A DNA stretch of 64,000 bases from Octopus bimaculoides (lineage: Eukaryota): assembly GCF_001194135.2 (NCBI RefSeq), contig NC_069006.1, positions 9,170,237-9,234,236 on the forward strand, in the 5' to 3' direction. Made by a program: the position numbers and the translations under genes. Below, in pieces: positions 27,234 to 40,395 of this stretch (position 1 is the stretch's first letter; every line of letters begins with the position of its first letter). Under the pieces are notes generated by a model. It saw nothing but the letters and a program-made list of their open reading frames with translations. It was not told the DNA's origin and ran no database searches.

Positions 27234-27725
27234 GCAAGGTTTGACTGTATGGTTAAGAACTACACTTTGTAACCATATGGCTTCAGTCTCGGTCCCTCTG
27301 CACAGAGCCGACCAGTGGTGCTTCGTGGGTAAATTTCGTAGACGGAAACTACGAAGAAGTTCACAGGATGTCACTAGCGTAGCTAGAGTGTGTGCCGCCC
27401 CTGGAGCCCACAAAAAACACATATTGCCTGCAGCAGACCCAAAAGTGTCGCCTGAAGCGGACCGCCCCTACCGCTCCGCTTGTTACGTTAGAGCTGGATG
27501 TGTGTGTGTCTGTGTTTGTCCCCCACATATGCACCGTTTGACAACCGATGTAGGTTTGTTTACGTCCTCGTAACAGCGGTTCTGCCTAAGAGACTAATAG
27601 AATAAGTACCAGATATAGGGGGAGGGGTGATAAACAAGTACTGGGGCCGATTCGTTCGACTAAAACCCTTCAAAGCTGTGCCCCAGTATGGCCGCAGTCC
27701 AATGATTGAAACAAGTAAAAATTAC
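27234..27725 (+). mobile_element. SINE family A copy interrupted by a hAT MITE
   Basis: Head, core and 3' module present; linker replaced by the insertion at 27372-27493. Confidence 0.75.
27372..27493. mobile_element. 122-bp hAT MITE inserted in a SINE linker
   Basis: Degenerate TIRs cactagcgtagctag / cttgttacgttagag; flanks caggatgt and ctggatgt (7/8). Confidence 0.7.
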
Positions 27726-29944
27726 AGATAAAATAATTGAAGGTTTATTCTAAAATAAACATCAACTTATTTTTTAAATAATTACAAAAACCGCAATTAT
27801 TTTCGCATTAATCCAGTGACATTCATCAGCCAGCAGCCACAATATTAATAAACGGAATACATTAATTACAGAGAGGAGTTAATTAATACAGCAATTGGGG
27901 AGTAAATGTCAGTTGACTGTTCCAGGAGAACAGGGAGGATATTTCTTTAATTACACGGTTTCGATTTCTGGTTGTTGCTGCTGTTTTACTCCACTGGGTC
28001 TCTCTCTAACCCCACAGCTAAAGAATTCTAATGCCTCGGAAATAATTGAATTTTGGTAGTATTCCTTCGATATTGGTCTCCAGAGTGTCGGTATGAGGAG
28101 ACGATGTCATTCATCCTCTATTTCAGCCGCGCCTCTTTATCTGTGTCATGAGGTAAGGTTGTGTGGGTGAATGACGTCATGTACTAATACCGAAGGACAG
28201 TCTGAATTTTTATATAGGCATGTTGTTATTCAACCCGAATAGATCCTTGGTCAAAGACGTTCCAGTTGTGACCATCCAGTCTTTTATTTCATGCATAGTA
28301 TATCTAAGACCGCATTATCCAAGGTGGTCTTCGTTATATTTTAAGACGGTAGATATTTTTTCATACAATTTTATCACAAACAAGTCTTGAGGTCACTGTA
28401 ATGTAAGGGACTACAAAGAAGGGGAAAAAGGGGCCAACAAATTCAAAAGATGTCAGTTGATAGTAAGCTTAAAGAACTGAATATCATAAAACAAGACGAT
28501 GGTCGTGGGTTCCAGAATAAAGCTGTTCGAGGGAAGAAACTGTTTGCATAAACGGTATGGCTGCTATTTCTAGCAGATCTTGTGATCAGGCAAAATACCT
28601 CGTTTGTTCAGAGACAGACACGAGTTACTTAACGCCTCCTCGCTCATAAACGTCTAATCGAAACCTGCTAATTTCCCGCTCCCAGATTTGTAATGAGAGA
28701 GAGAGAGAGAAAGACTAGTTAGCACCCGAAAACAATAATTCTAGTTAGTACCTTTCATTTAAAACAGTCAAGCACTATCGTGTGTGTGTATATATGTATA
28801 TATAGTCAATCCAAAGAAAGAACAAACATGGAAAACAACAACGCGAGGACTTGGTACATGTAATGTATTAGCAGACCATGTGGCATTTAGATCAAATCAC
28901 ACTCAAGTTGTCTTTTCCATTCATCATTTGGGGTGGAGGTGGGGTCGATAAAACAAACTGTCAAGTATCGATTTTCTATCGGTTTGACCTATCGTCTCCT
29001 CACTTTAAAAATGTGTGGGCATGCCGACGGTACCGAGTAACTCTCACGGGAGTCCGTAGTCGTGCCAAGATGGCATTGTTTTAGGGTCAGATTAAGACAC
29101 ATGGAGGCCCTAAACACTTAAAAGATTTTGGACGCCCCATATATATATGTAATTCAAAATATAAACAATAATAAACCTGAAAATAAATTTTTTAAATTTT
29201 TGTATACTTCCACTTTATTTATATTTGAAAAGATTTCTCCCTTTCTTCTTTTTTTTTTTTTTCAATTGCGGAGTCTTTGATCAGATCCCCACTATGAAAC
29301 CATGAACACTTCGAAATTATATTTCCGATCATATAAACCACTTCGAATATTACTTTAGCAAGTTTAAGGTAATTTCTTTTGTGCCGTAAACCATTTACCA
29401 TTTCTGTGGTGCCTCATCCTGCTCTCGATGCCCTAAGCACGTACTTACATTGCTTAATCGTAATTCCAGCGCTGATTATGGGCCCCCGGATAGATCAATG
29501 CACTGAGGCCTATATTATTTATTTATCGACAGCAAGCCACAACATCCGTTGATCGGATTTGGGCCCCTAGATCCGTGAGGCACTCGGGCAACTGTCCAGT
29601 GTGCCCATGTCTTAAAGCGGCAATGTTCCCACCCTTTTAAATTTGCTGGCGTAAACCACCCACATTTGTTCTGGGTTCAAATCCCGCTGAGGTTAACAAT
29701 GCTTTTCATCCCACCGGGGTCGATAAAAATAAAATAACAGTCAAAATTGTTTATCCTCGTGCCTAAATCAGAAACCATTGTCACGAGTTCAAATCCAGCA
29801 GAGACTATCTTTGCATTTCATCTCACCGGGGTCGCGAAGTAAAGTCCCACTCTAGTTAACAGGCGTCGAAGGGATTGGCTAAGCTTCCCCTTTCAAAGTT
29901 ACTGGTAGTGTGCCTCGATCACAAAACATAACACGGTCTTATTT

Positions 29945-30485
29945 ACCAAGACCGCGACCATGCTGGGGCACCGCCTCGGAGGGTTTAGTCGAACGAATCG
30001 ACCACAGCACTCATTCTTCAAAAGTCTGACACCTAGTCTATCGGTCTGTTTTGACGAACCGCAAGGTGGCAGAGACGTAAACAAAACAAACCAACACCGG
30101 TTGTGAAGCGATGAGAAGTACACGCACACACGTATANNNNNNNNNNNNNNNNNNNNNNNNNNNNNNNNNNNNNNNNNTATACGGTGGGCTTCCACACAGT
30201 TTCTCGTCAACCAAATTCACTCGGAAGGCACCTTGCCCAAGGTGCCTCGCAATGGGACTGAACTTGAAACCATGTGGTTGCAAATCGAGCTTTACCACCA
30301 CATGTGCATATATATATATATATATACACATACACACGACTGGCTTCCATACAGTTTCCGTCTATCAAATTCATTGACAGTGCTCGACCCCAGGCTATAG
30401 TAGAAGACACTTGCCCAAATTTCCGCTCAATGAGATTGAACTCGAAACCGCGTGGTTGCAAAGCAAGCTTCTTAACAACACAGCT
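29945..30485 (-). mobile_element. SINE family A copies (CpG-retaining), spanning a gap
   Basis: Reverse-complement 3' module at about 29945-30120 and two head/core segments at about 30180-30485. Confidence 0.7.
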
Positions 30486-31089
30486 ATGTCCAAGAGATAA
30501 AAAAAAAAGTATTCCCACTCCTAAATTTTTTATGGGACTTTGTTTATGGTTTTCAAATTCTTGACGTCTGCGATGTTTGAATGAATTCTTTTGTGTGTGT
30601 GTGTGTAAAATTTATTTCAAGTTCTTGGCCGTTAAAAAAAAATATAGTTTGTAACCTTCACATTGAAACTGAGAAAGATCTTCCGCTAAAAGTGAAAACT
30701 GTTCCGTACAATGGACCAATCTCTCTCTCTCTCTCTCCCCCATTCTCTGTCTCTTTCTTTGTGTCTTTCTCTCTCTTCCCTCTCAATTCTTTTCTTTCTG
30801 TCTGTCTCTCTATGTCCTTCTCTCAATCTCTTTTCTCTGTCTTTCTCTCCGTCCCTCTGTCCTTTTCTCTCTGTTTCTCTTTTTTTCTTCTCTCTCTCTC
30901 TCTCTCTCGCTGTCTATGTCTTTCTCTGTTCCTTTCTGTATCTCTTTCTGTCTCTGGTTGTCTATCTTTCTCTTCCCCCACTTTCTCTCTATGTGTGTGT
31001 GTTTCTCTATTTCTCTCAGTCTGCACCTCTCTCTCTCTCTTATTACCTTCTAGTGTTAATTAAACAGTCATAACTGACTTTTGAGGAGT

Positions 31090-31960
31090 GGATAATAATA
31101 ATAATAACAACAACAACAACAATAATAATAATAATAATCTCAATAAAATCCGAAGTTGTAGATAAGAAGTGACGGTGGGAGGAGGACGAAGCCGAAAGAG
31201 AAGACAACAGACAGCAATGAATAACAACTGTTATAAAGACACCACCCCCCTCTCCTGTTATCACTTTCTCCTCCTCCTCCTCCTGTAGCATCCCTCCTTC
31301 ACAGATCACACCCCCCTCCCTTTAATCGCAACTATCAATCTATCCCTCTCTCACACTATAACACATTCTTTCCTTCTCCTCCTTGTGTTTCTTTTTTTGT
31401 ATTTATTTTTTCTTCGTTACGTCGAACCAAACACTATAAACCTTTTTTATCCGTTATTGCCGCCACACCCTCTCTCTCTCTCTCTTCCTTTCACTTCTTC
31501 TCTTTAGCAACTGACATCGTATTCCATCGCCGCCGTCTATCTCTCTATTTATCTGTCTACACACACACACTTTTCTTTTATTACTTTCTTTCTTTCTTTT
31601 CTTCCCTAACTTCGTCTGCATCAAATAAACCATCATCATCAGCGTCACCATCAGCACTATTATCATCACCATCACCCTCACCATCATTTTCCTCATCTCC
31701 ATAACCACCATCATCATCACCCCCCTCCCACCACCACCACCATCATTTTCATCTTCACCACCTCTACCGCCACCACCACCACCACCATCATCATCCAACC
31801 AACGAACCAAACTAATAACGGTTCCAGGAGCCGTTTAGGAAGTAAAATTTAACCGTTACCACCCCCACCCCCGCCACTACTACTACTACTACTACAATTC
31901 CTGTAGTACCCCCACCCACCGACCGTCACCACCAGTATTACTGATGCTGCTGCTGTCGAT
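31090..31960. repeat. Cluster of (AAT)n, (AAC)n, (CAT/CAC)n and (ACT)n tracts upstream of the 32162 exon
   Basis: Direct inspection. Confidence 0.85.
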
Positions 31961-32161
31961 GTAGTTATTAGATAAAAACTTATTTGTTTATTCAAACTTC
32001 GCTCCTGCATCTATTTTTTTGGCAAGCGGTACTTGCCAACCATCCATCCATCCATCCAACCATCAGCAGCCTACAGTTTGCTTTTCGTACTTATTCTGAT
32101 GTTGTTATTAGATGGGCCAATTCGAGTATTTGTTGTTTAAAAGACAGACAAGAAGCGGAGG

Positions 32162-32347
32162 ATGGCTAGCGAGGCTGTTAACTGGGATTGTTCCCCGTTG
32201 GGCCCCGCTGCCGCCGGCGACAACGACACCAGCAATAGCGACCTATCGTTATTGTCTCCAAGTTTTTCCATGGAACAAATTATTACTAAACTGAAGTATG
32301 ACAGAGATGAAGATCCCCTTTGTGATTATATCCCTATAGCCCGACGA
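32162..32347 (+). CDS. Candidate first coding exon (MASEAVNWDCSPLG...MEQIITKLKYDRDEDPLCDYIPIARR); possible alternative rootletin N-terminus or start of a nested gene
   Basis: Non-repetitive, CpG-rich, aggATGg start, strong phase-0 donor CGA|gtaaga, followed immediately by microsatellite-rich intron-like sequence. Phase is compatible with the 59959 exon. I do not recognise the peptide. Confidence 0.5.
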
Positions 32348-32423
32348 GTAAGATACCCCTTTATTTTCACTCGCTGCATATATACAAATACACGAGCGCA
32401 CGTGTATGTGTGTGTATATGTAC

Positions 32424-32456
<33 letters not shown>

Positions 32457-33039
32457 TACGCGTGCTCAAACGAGCTGTTTATTCATGATTAAGTTTTGAA
32501 AACTTTTCTGTGAATGAGAAATGATCGATATAAAGTATAAGTTTGTATGTGCGTGTGTGTATGTAATATATATGTGGAATACCTACGTACGTATGTCGAT
32601 ATTATATTGTATGTGTTATATGTGTGTATACATGTGTATGTGTATATGTATGTTAGTATGTGTGTGTAGGTATATGTTATATGCGTGTCTGTAAAGTGGT
32701 GTGAGTTTCCTGTTAGCATGTGTGAAAGATTTTCAAACACTCTTGGACATTCGTCGGATTCTTATTTTAATAATTATTTCCTGTTTTGTGATTAAATCGT
32801 TTACAAGGATTGTAGGGAATCGGTAAAATAAGGTTTTGAAACAGAATTTCTTGTGTAACTGCTAACAGCACTATTTCAATCGATACAACAACTTATCCAT
32901 TTCACACCAGTTTTCAAATTATTGAATCAACTCATATATTTTTTCTTCTTCTTTTTCCCTCGGAAAATCCCACCTTGTATCCTAGTCCTCACCGGATATG
33001 GGGTCCATGTAATCGACTAACCCTTTCCCTTCAAAGTCA

Positions 33040-33560
33040 CGGATATCGTGCTGAAATTTAAAATCTGAGTTCAAACCCTGTCGAGGTCGACTTTGCTTCT
33101 TATCTTTTCGGGGTCGGTAAAATAAAGCACCAGTTAAGCGCTGGGGTCGATATAATCGACGTATCCCCGCCCCCAAATTTCAAACTTTGTGCCTATAATA
33201 GAAACAATTATTGTTGTTGTTCCGGCTGTTTACATACTTAAGTTCAAATCCCGCCGAAGTCGACTTTGCCTTTCATCCTCTTGGGGTCGATAAAATGAAG
33301 TACCAGTTAAACACTGGCGTCGATATAATCGACTTAGTCCCTCTCCCTAAATCTGCCGGCCTTGTGACAGCATTTGAAAGCGTTTATTAATACTATTATT
33401 ATTGTCGATAATGTTGATGTTATTCAAATCCCGCCGCGGTAAACTTTGCTTTTCATTCTTTTGATTCGATAAAATAAAGTACCAGTCGAGTACTGGAGTC
33501 AGTACAATCTACTAATCCATTCCTTTGAAAATTACTGACCTTGTCCCAAATTTTGAAACA
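33040..33560 (+). mobile_element. Three consecutive 5'-truncated SINE family C copies (CpG-retaining)
   Basis: gagttcaaa...gtcgactttgc...ggggtcgataaaat...aagtaccag repeated three times. Confidence 0.7.
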
Positions 33561-33971
33561 ATTACGATTGTTTTGTTGAACCGAACACTCAAGACTCTTT
33601 TTGCCTAAGAAATCTTGTTTTATTTTTATCTATTGCCATTGTTAGTTTGTGGTTCCAAGTCTTGTGTTGAAAGAATGTCTTCGAATTTCACATTGTGCAG
33701 TGCCTTCCTCCCCCCTCTCTCTGTGACTGTCGCGTAGAAGAAACAGTAAAGTTTCTAATCACGAATCCGATCTCTTTAAACTGGATCTTTAAGCAAGTTG
33801 TTTGTTTGTTGTTGTCAAAACGCGGATACTACAACTTTATTATTATTAACACTGTGTCCCTCTCTCTCCTCCTCATCGTATCATACCCTAATTTCTTAAC
33901 CCCTTTTATACCATCATCGTCCCCACTTCTTTTGTGATCCTTTGTGTTCTGTCTCATTTGGGCACCAATAT

Positions 33972-34028
<57 letters not shown>

Positions 34029-34523
34029 NNNNNNNNNNATATATATATATATATATATACATACATATACATCTGTGCGTGTGTGTGTATGTGTTATATC
34101 CATCTGCGCGTGTGTGTGTGTGTGTCATGCCTTAGACACAAAAGCCATGCTGTCATATAGTTTTATGACTCACGACCCGCACATGTGGCGGTGGCGGTGG
34201 TGATTTTTTATTTTTTTATTTTGCAAAATAAGTCTGTGACTTCAGAATTCAATCACCATCATCATAGTCAACAGCATCAACATTAACAACAAACAGTGTT
34301 TTGTGTTTTCTTTTTCTTTTTCTTTTTCTTTTTCTCGAACCAGCAGCTGGCTGACAAATGGATCTCTTCTTTCCTCCTTCCTCCGCTGTCTTAATCTTAC
34401 TGACATTTATTTGAATGTCGGGAGATGAAATTTCCAATTTTCAAACTTTCGGTTACATTCAAATTCTTTGTTTCTTCTTTATATAACAACAACAAGAATT
34501 TCTTTTAAACCATTTCCTTGGAC

Positions 34524-34563
<40 letters not shown>

Positions 34564-36699
34564 GAAGCACAATGGCATTTCTTTGAGACAATAACAACAA
34601 CAGCAGCCACAGCAAACAAAATCAATAACAATGAAAGTTGACTTATCTGTGATTATTGGGAAGAAAATGTTGCCAAATTCTTGGTAAATATTTTGCTTGT
34701 CGTTTTCATTTCCGTTTTCATCCTAAAAATATTTGAAATTATTCAAGGATGTTTATTTAACTTGTCAGTTTGCATTTGGTATTTTTTATATTTTTCTCTA
34801 TTTCCCAGTATTAATTAATTACTGACTACAGAGTATAAGGATATACATATACATATATATATATAAATGTAAGTGTGACTACGTCGTATAGCTACGGAGC
34901 AGTCCATCATTTTATATATATATACATATATATATATGTATATATATATATATGAGAGAGAGAATTTTGAAATGTCTAATATTAGCTGCCTCAGTTATTG
35001 TGAAATTCATAATTGGATAATTTAACCTCGGGTCAGCAGTCGTAATCGCGCAAACCTATGATTAAAAGCGTCCTGGTCGCGACCATCTCGTCTTATCGTT
35101 TATCAGGAAACTGCATTGCCCACTGTTTCCTTTAATTAAATCAATGGGATGTGATTTAATACATCTTTATGCCATTCCCCCAATACTTTGAATACCAGGT
35201 GTCTCTTTAACATCGTGGAATTTTGGCCTTTCATCGATCACTCCCAAAGATCGAGCGATCGATAATTTCCCCCACACAAACTCCCTCCCTGTATCCCTAT
35301 CCGATCTCATATTTTCTCTTCAAAGTTTATCCATTAATCTGTTATTATTATTGGGGAAGACAAGAACTTGTTAAAATACCGGCGCCTTCCCGCTTATTGT
35401 ATGTTTGGCCTATTTTTAAAGAATTCGCATTGTTTGTGTAATAAGGCAATGTGACATGGCGTTTACTAGAATGGAAGACATCGACACTCAGTCTAGGGAT
35501 CCAGTTTCGATTCCCGATATTTAAAAAAAACTTTTTAATTACTGGGTCTAAAGTAAAAGACCATGTCCGTGGCATTTGCAGACCCTCTTAAACCGAAGAT
35601 AATGAATTTATCTATATATTACTTTGTGGTTGGTGTTCACTAGAAAATATGAAATTTGGAGATCTTGGTGTGATTAACCGCTAATTACCACCGAATTGAC
35701 TCGTGCGTAATCTATCCATCCTAATCTTATCATTGATTTTGATTTTAAAATAACTGGAGTGCGACTTATACACGGGACAACGCTAAAACTAAGGAGAAAA
35801 AAATTGTACCAAAATTTAACACGAAATTAGGGATGCGGCTTATACATGAATAAATACAGTGGGTTGCTTTTAAGGCCCCCCCCCCCTTCTCCATGACAAT
35901 CCTGCATTCCAGCCGTGACCACCAGATCTTTTTGTACATTTGGTACTACATTGCCCAAAGACTTCGGTGTGTGATTTTTGAATGCAATTTGACTGCTATT
36001 TCTAACAGAGCTTGCAACCACGTTGAAACTCCCTGGTCAGCTCATATTACTATCGACTGCTATTTCTAGCCTATTGTACAACCTTGTAGTAACTCTGGTT
36101 GTCTCGTGTTTCTCAAATGTGTGTTGTTGGTTCATTAACTACATTTTCATGAATTTAATAATAATTAACAAAATTTATAAAGTAAATTTTAAAGTTATGC
36201 AGGATTGAAGCTAATCAATGACTATTGTTAATTAATTAACCGAATCGTTAGACTTAATAACAGACAATTAATTGACTAAATAGTTTCTATTTCATATTGA
36301 TGCTGAGGGTAGCAAAAATAGTTTTTACTCACGTTACAAACACTGCTCAATGGAGGGTATGTATATTCACATTATATACAACTATATAAACATGTATACA
36401 ACAACTTTATATATAACGTGCACTTTTACACACACACACACACTGCTATACCACTTTATGACATACATTTATACGACATACATCAAACTTTATATAACGT
36501 ATATTTTTATATACACACAAGAAAACATGATTTTATGTGTGTGTGTGTGTGTACTTCTACGCATACAAATTTATAAACATACATAGCTTTATTTATGTAT
36601 TGCATGCATATTTTTAAAAAGCCAAGCTCTATATGTAACATGTAGACAAACACACACACATGCACAACTCTCTCTCTCCCTCTCATTCTATATATATAC

Positions 36700-36736
<37 letters not shown>

Positions 36737-37330
36737 NNNNNNNNNNNNNNNNNNNNNNNNNNNNNNNNNNNNNNNNNNNNNNNNNNNNNNNNNNNNNNNN
36801 NNNNNNNNNNNNNNNNNNNNNNNNNNNNNNNNNNNNNNNNNNNNNNNNNNNNNNNNNNNNNNNNNNNNNNNNNNNNNNNNNNNNNNNNNNNNNNNNNNNN
36901 NNNNNNNNNNNNNNNNNNNNNNNNNNNNNNNNNNNNNNNNNNNNNNNNNNNNNNNNNNNNNNNNNNNNNNNNNNNNNNNNNNNNNNNNNNNNNNNNNNNN
37001 NNNNNNNNNNNNNNNNNNNNNNNNNNNNNNNNNNNNNNNNNNNNNNNNNNNNNNNNNNNNNNNNNNNNNNNNNNNNNNNNNNNNNNNNNNNNNNNNNNNN
37101 NNNNNNNNNNNNNNNNNNNNNNNNNNNNNNNNNNNNNNNNNNNNNNNNNNNNNNNNNNNNNNNNNNNNNNNNNNNNNNNNNNNNNNNNNNNNNNNNNNNN
37201 NNNNNNNNNNNNNNNNNNNNNNNNNNNNNNNNNNNNNNNNNNNNNNNNNNNNNNNNNNNNNNNNNNNNNNNNNNNNNNNNNNNNNNNNNNNNNNNNNNNN
37301 NNNNNNNNNNNNNNNNNNNNNNNNNNNNNN
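36737..37330. other. Largest assembly gap; others at 8519-8778, 11487-11650, 18827-19061, 30137-30177, 34029-34038, 46341-46491, 50832-50841 and 52668-52821
   Basis: N runs, mostly abutting (TA)n, (TG)n or (CT)n tracts. Confidence 0.99.
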
Positions 37331-37344
37331 ATATATATATATAT

Positions 37345-38060
37345 ATATTGTTTCGGTCATTAGACTGCGGCCATGCTGGGGCACCGCCTTGAAGTTTTAG
37401 TCGAGTGAACCTACCCCAGCACTTGTTTTCTTTTTTAAGCCTGTTACTTATTCTATCGATTTCTTTTGTCGAACTATGTTATGGCGACGTAAACACACCA
37501 ACACCGTTGTCAAGGGTGGTTGGGGACAAGTACACACACACACACACACAATGAACTTCTTTCAGGTTCCGCCTATTAAATCCACTCACAAGGCTTTGGT
37601 CAGCCCATGGATATAGTAGAATACACTTGCCGAAGGTGTCACGCACTAGGACAGAACCCGGAACCATGTGGTTGGGAAGCAAGCTTCCGGTCATGCTGGG
37701 GCACTGCCTTGAAGGGTTTTAGTCAAGCAAATTGACCTCAGGACTTGTTCGTTTTGTTTGTCGTTTGTTTTTCAACCTGGTACTTATTCTATCGGTCTCT
37801 CTTGCCGAACTGCAAGGCTATAGTGACGTAAACAAACCAGCACCGGTTATCAAGTGGTGATAGGGACGGACACACACATACACACACAGATATATGCATT
37901 TACAATGAGCTTCTACACAGTTTCCGGCTGCCAAATCCTCACACAAAGGCTTTAGTCGACCCCAGTGTATAGTAGAAGACACTTGCCCAAGGTGTCACTC
38001 TGTGGGACTGAACTCAAAACCATATGGTTGGGAACCAGACTTCTTACCACACAGCCACAT
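37345..38060 (-). mobile_element. Two tandem SINE family A copies
   Basis: Two consecutive reverse-complement units, about 37345-37690 and 37690-38060. Confidence 0.75.
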
Positions 38061-39544
38061 TTATAGATAGATATGTATGTATGTGTGTGTATATGTATGT
38101 ATAGGCACTTAGCTATTTATTTGAGTTAAAAAAGAAATAGACACTGTAATGCTGTTTTAAGACACAGAGTATGTTAATCAACCACCTGGTGGTTTCACGG
38201 TCCTAAGGGTACCAATGTTAATCTATTTATATTGTGGTTTGTTCATCATCGTTTAACGTCTACCTTCTATGCTGGCATGGGTTAGACGGTTTGACAGGTG
38301 CTAGCCAGGTAGAAAACTGCACCAGGCTTCTGTGTCTGTTTTGGCATGATTTTTACAGCTGGATGCCCTTCCTAACCCCAACCAACTAGCAGAGTGGTTG
38401 TCGATAAATAGATACTACAGGTCCCCAATATATTGCTTTGCCCTGCGGTAGGGGTGGAGCTATAATATTGTTTAAGACAGCCATGCCTGACCAAAGTGAA
38501 ACCAAACCATTCTTTGTTTTGATCATTATTAAAGGTCTTTTTTTTTAATCTGAAACAATGCTCCCTATATTTTTTTATTTATTTAAGGTCATTGAATTTT
38601 ATTTATGACTAGACTACCTGTGACCTGTTGGGTCACCAATAGTTCAAGGTGCCCCAAAAAAACTGCGTATCTCAGAAACTTGTGGCCCGATTTACGCGAA
38701 ACTTGTTTTATTCCATTTGTATTCAGATTTCAATGGTACCTTACTTTCAGAATATTTATATAGGTGCTCACAGTAAAGGGCAATATCTCCAGGTTTCACC
38801 ACTTAAATTTGTAGAAACAAACCCCCAAAAAACCCCTTATCTCAGGAATCTGTGGTCCCGTTTACCCAAAACTTGTTTTATTCTGTTTGTATTCACATTT
38901 CAGGGGTAGCTTGCTTTGACAGTATTTTCCCATTATGCTTCAGTTTGGCTGTATTAAATTGTAATCAAGCAAGCAGTCACAAAGTTTTAGTTGTACATCG
39001 CTTAGTACTTGGTTGGTCCAAGACATAATTCAATTTTATCAGTTTTCGAGCTCTTTCAGTATCTAAAACTAATTAAATATTGCTTTTAGACAAAATACTA
39101 AATCTGTCATCATTTATCTTTTACTTGTTTCAATCATTGGACTGCAGCCATGCTGGGGCATGGCCTTGAACAATTTTTAGTCAAATGAATCAAACCTGGG
39201 ACTAAAAACTATACCAAGGAGATCTAATAAGACAGAAACATGACTAGAGTTGTCTCTCTACCAAAGATCAGACACAGTTGTCACCACTCCATACCCACAT
39301 ACAATTTCAGTTAATTTGAACTTCAGAATTATCTCCCCCACCTTTCCTAACCAGAATTAATGATTGATATATACATATATGATCAGTTTTTTTCACAGTT
39401 TCCATCAATTAAATTTATTCACAAGGCATTAGTTAACCAGGGGCTTTAGAAGACACTTGCGTAAGGTGCTGCGCTGTGGGATTGAACCAGCAATCATATG
39501 ATTGCAAAGCGAGCTTCTTAACTACAGAGTCTATGTGTATATGT

Positions 39545-39878
39545 ATCATAAACTGGCACTCCATCAGTATCCACAACGAGGATTCCAGTTGATCCAATCC
39601 ATGGACCAGCCTGCTTGTGAAATTAACATACAAGTGGCTGAGTACTCCACAGACACATGTACCCTTAATGTAGTTCTCAGGGAGATTCAGCATCACACAG
39701 AAAGTGACAAGGCTGGCCCTTGTGACTTACAGGTACAACTCATGTTTGCCAGCTGAATCGACTGGAGCAACGTGAAATAAAGTGTCTTGCTCAAGGACAT
39801 GGTACACCGCTGGGAATCAAACTCACAACCTTATGATCATAGGCCAAATACCCTAACCACTGAGCTACATGCTTTCAC
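39545..39878 (-). mobile_element. SINE family B head with a third 3' body
   Basis: Head/domain shared with family B; body ccagttgatccaatc...gagtactccacagacacatgtacccttaatgtagttctc also present at about 17260-17730. Confidence 0.65.
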
Positions 39879-40178
39879 GTACGTATTCTAACATGAGTGC
39901 TTACGTGTGGACCTATGTGTGTATTATCAGTAGGTACATGCTGTGTGTGTGTGAAATCCAGAAGTATTGATGATATATTTTTACAATTTCCATCCAATTT
40001 TATTGTTTATTCAACAAGATATTCTGGTTCAAGTACACTTCAGTTTTTATATTTTGCTAAAAGATGCAGGCTTTCTTCTTTCCATTGGAGTAGGTCGGGT
40101 GGACTAAGAATAATGTTTCTTTTTTTTCTTGTCTGTTAGTACCCTGTGTTATTGAGAAGACAAATAATATTATTCTAC

Positions 40179-40395
40179 CCTAAGGCAGCGAGCTGGCAGA
40201 ACCGTTAGCACGCTGGGCGAAATGCTTAGCGGTATGTCATCAGACTTTACGTTCTGAGTTCAAATTCCGCTGAGGTCAGCTTTGCCTTTCATCCTTTCGG
40301 GGTTGACAAATTAAGTACCAGTTGCATGCTGGAGTTGATCTAATTGACTGGCCCCCTCCCCCAAAATTTCAGGCCTTGTGCCTAGAGTAGAAAAG
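40179..40395 (+). mobile_element. SINE family C complete copy with 13-bp flanking direct repeat
   Basis: aaggcagcgagctggcagaaccgttagc...gagttcaaattccgc...gtgcctagagtagaaaag, flanked by aatattattctac at 40166-40178 and 40396-40408. Confidence 0.85.

Noticed and set aside
29005-29070. GC-rich imperfect hairpin (ggcatgccgacgg...ccgtagtcgtgcc)
   Set aside because: Single occurrence with no recognisable RNA motif; adjacent to a degenerate hAT-like end.
32255-32280. RFX X-box-like tttccatggaac
   Set aside because: Does not fit GTNNCCATGGNAAC and lies inside the candidate coding exon; no convincing X-box found near either candidate start.
34600-34690. ATG-started short ORF with donor TTG|gtaaat
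   Set aside because: The Met frame gives a phase-2 donor, incompatible with the phase-0 CROCC exon; no other support.
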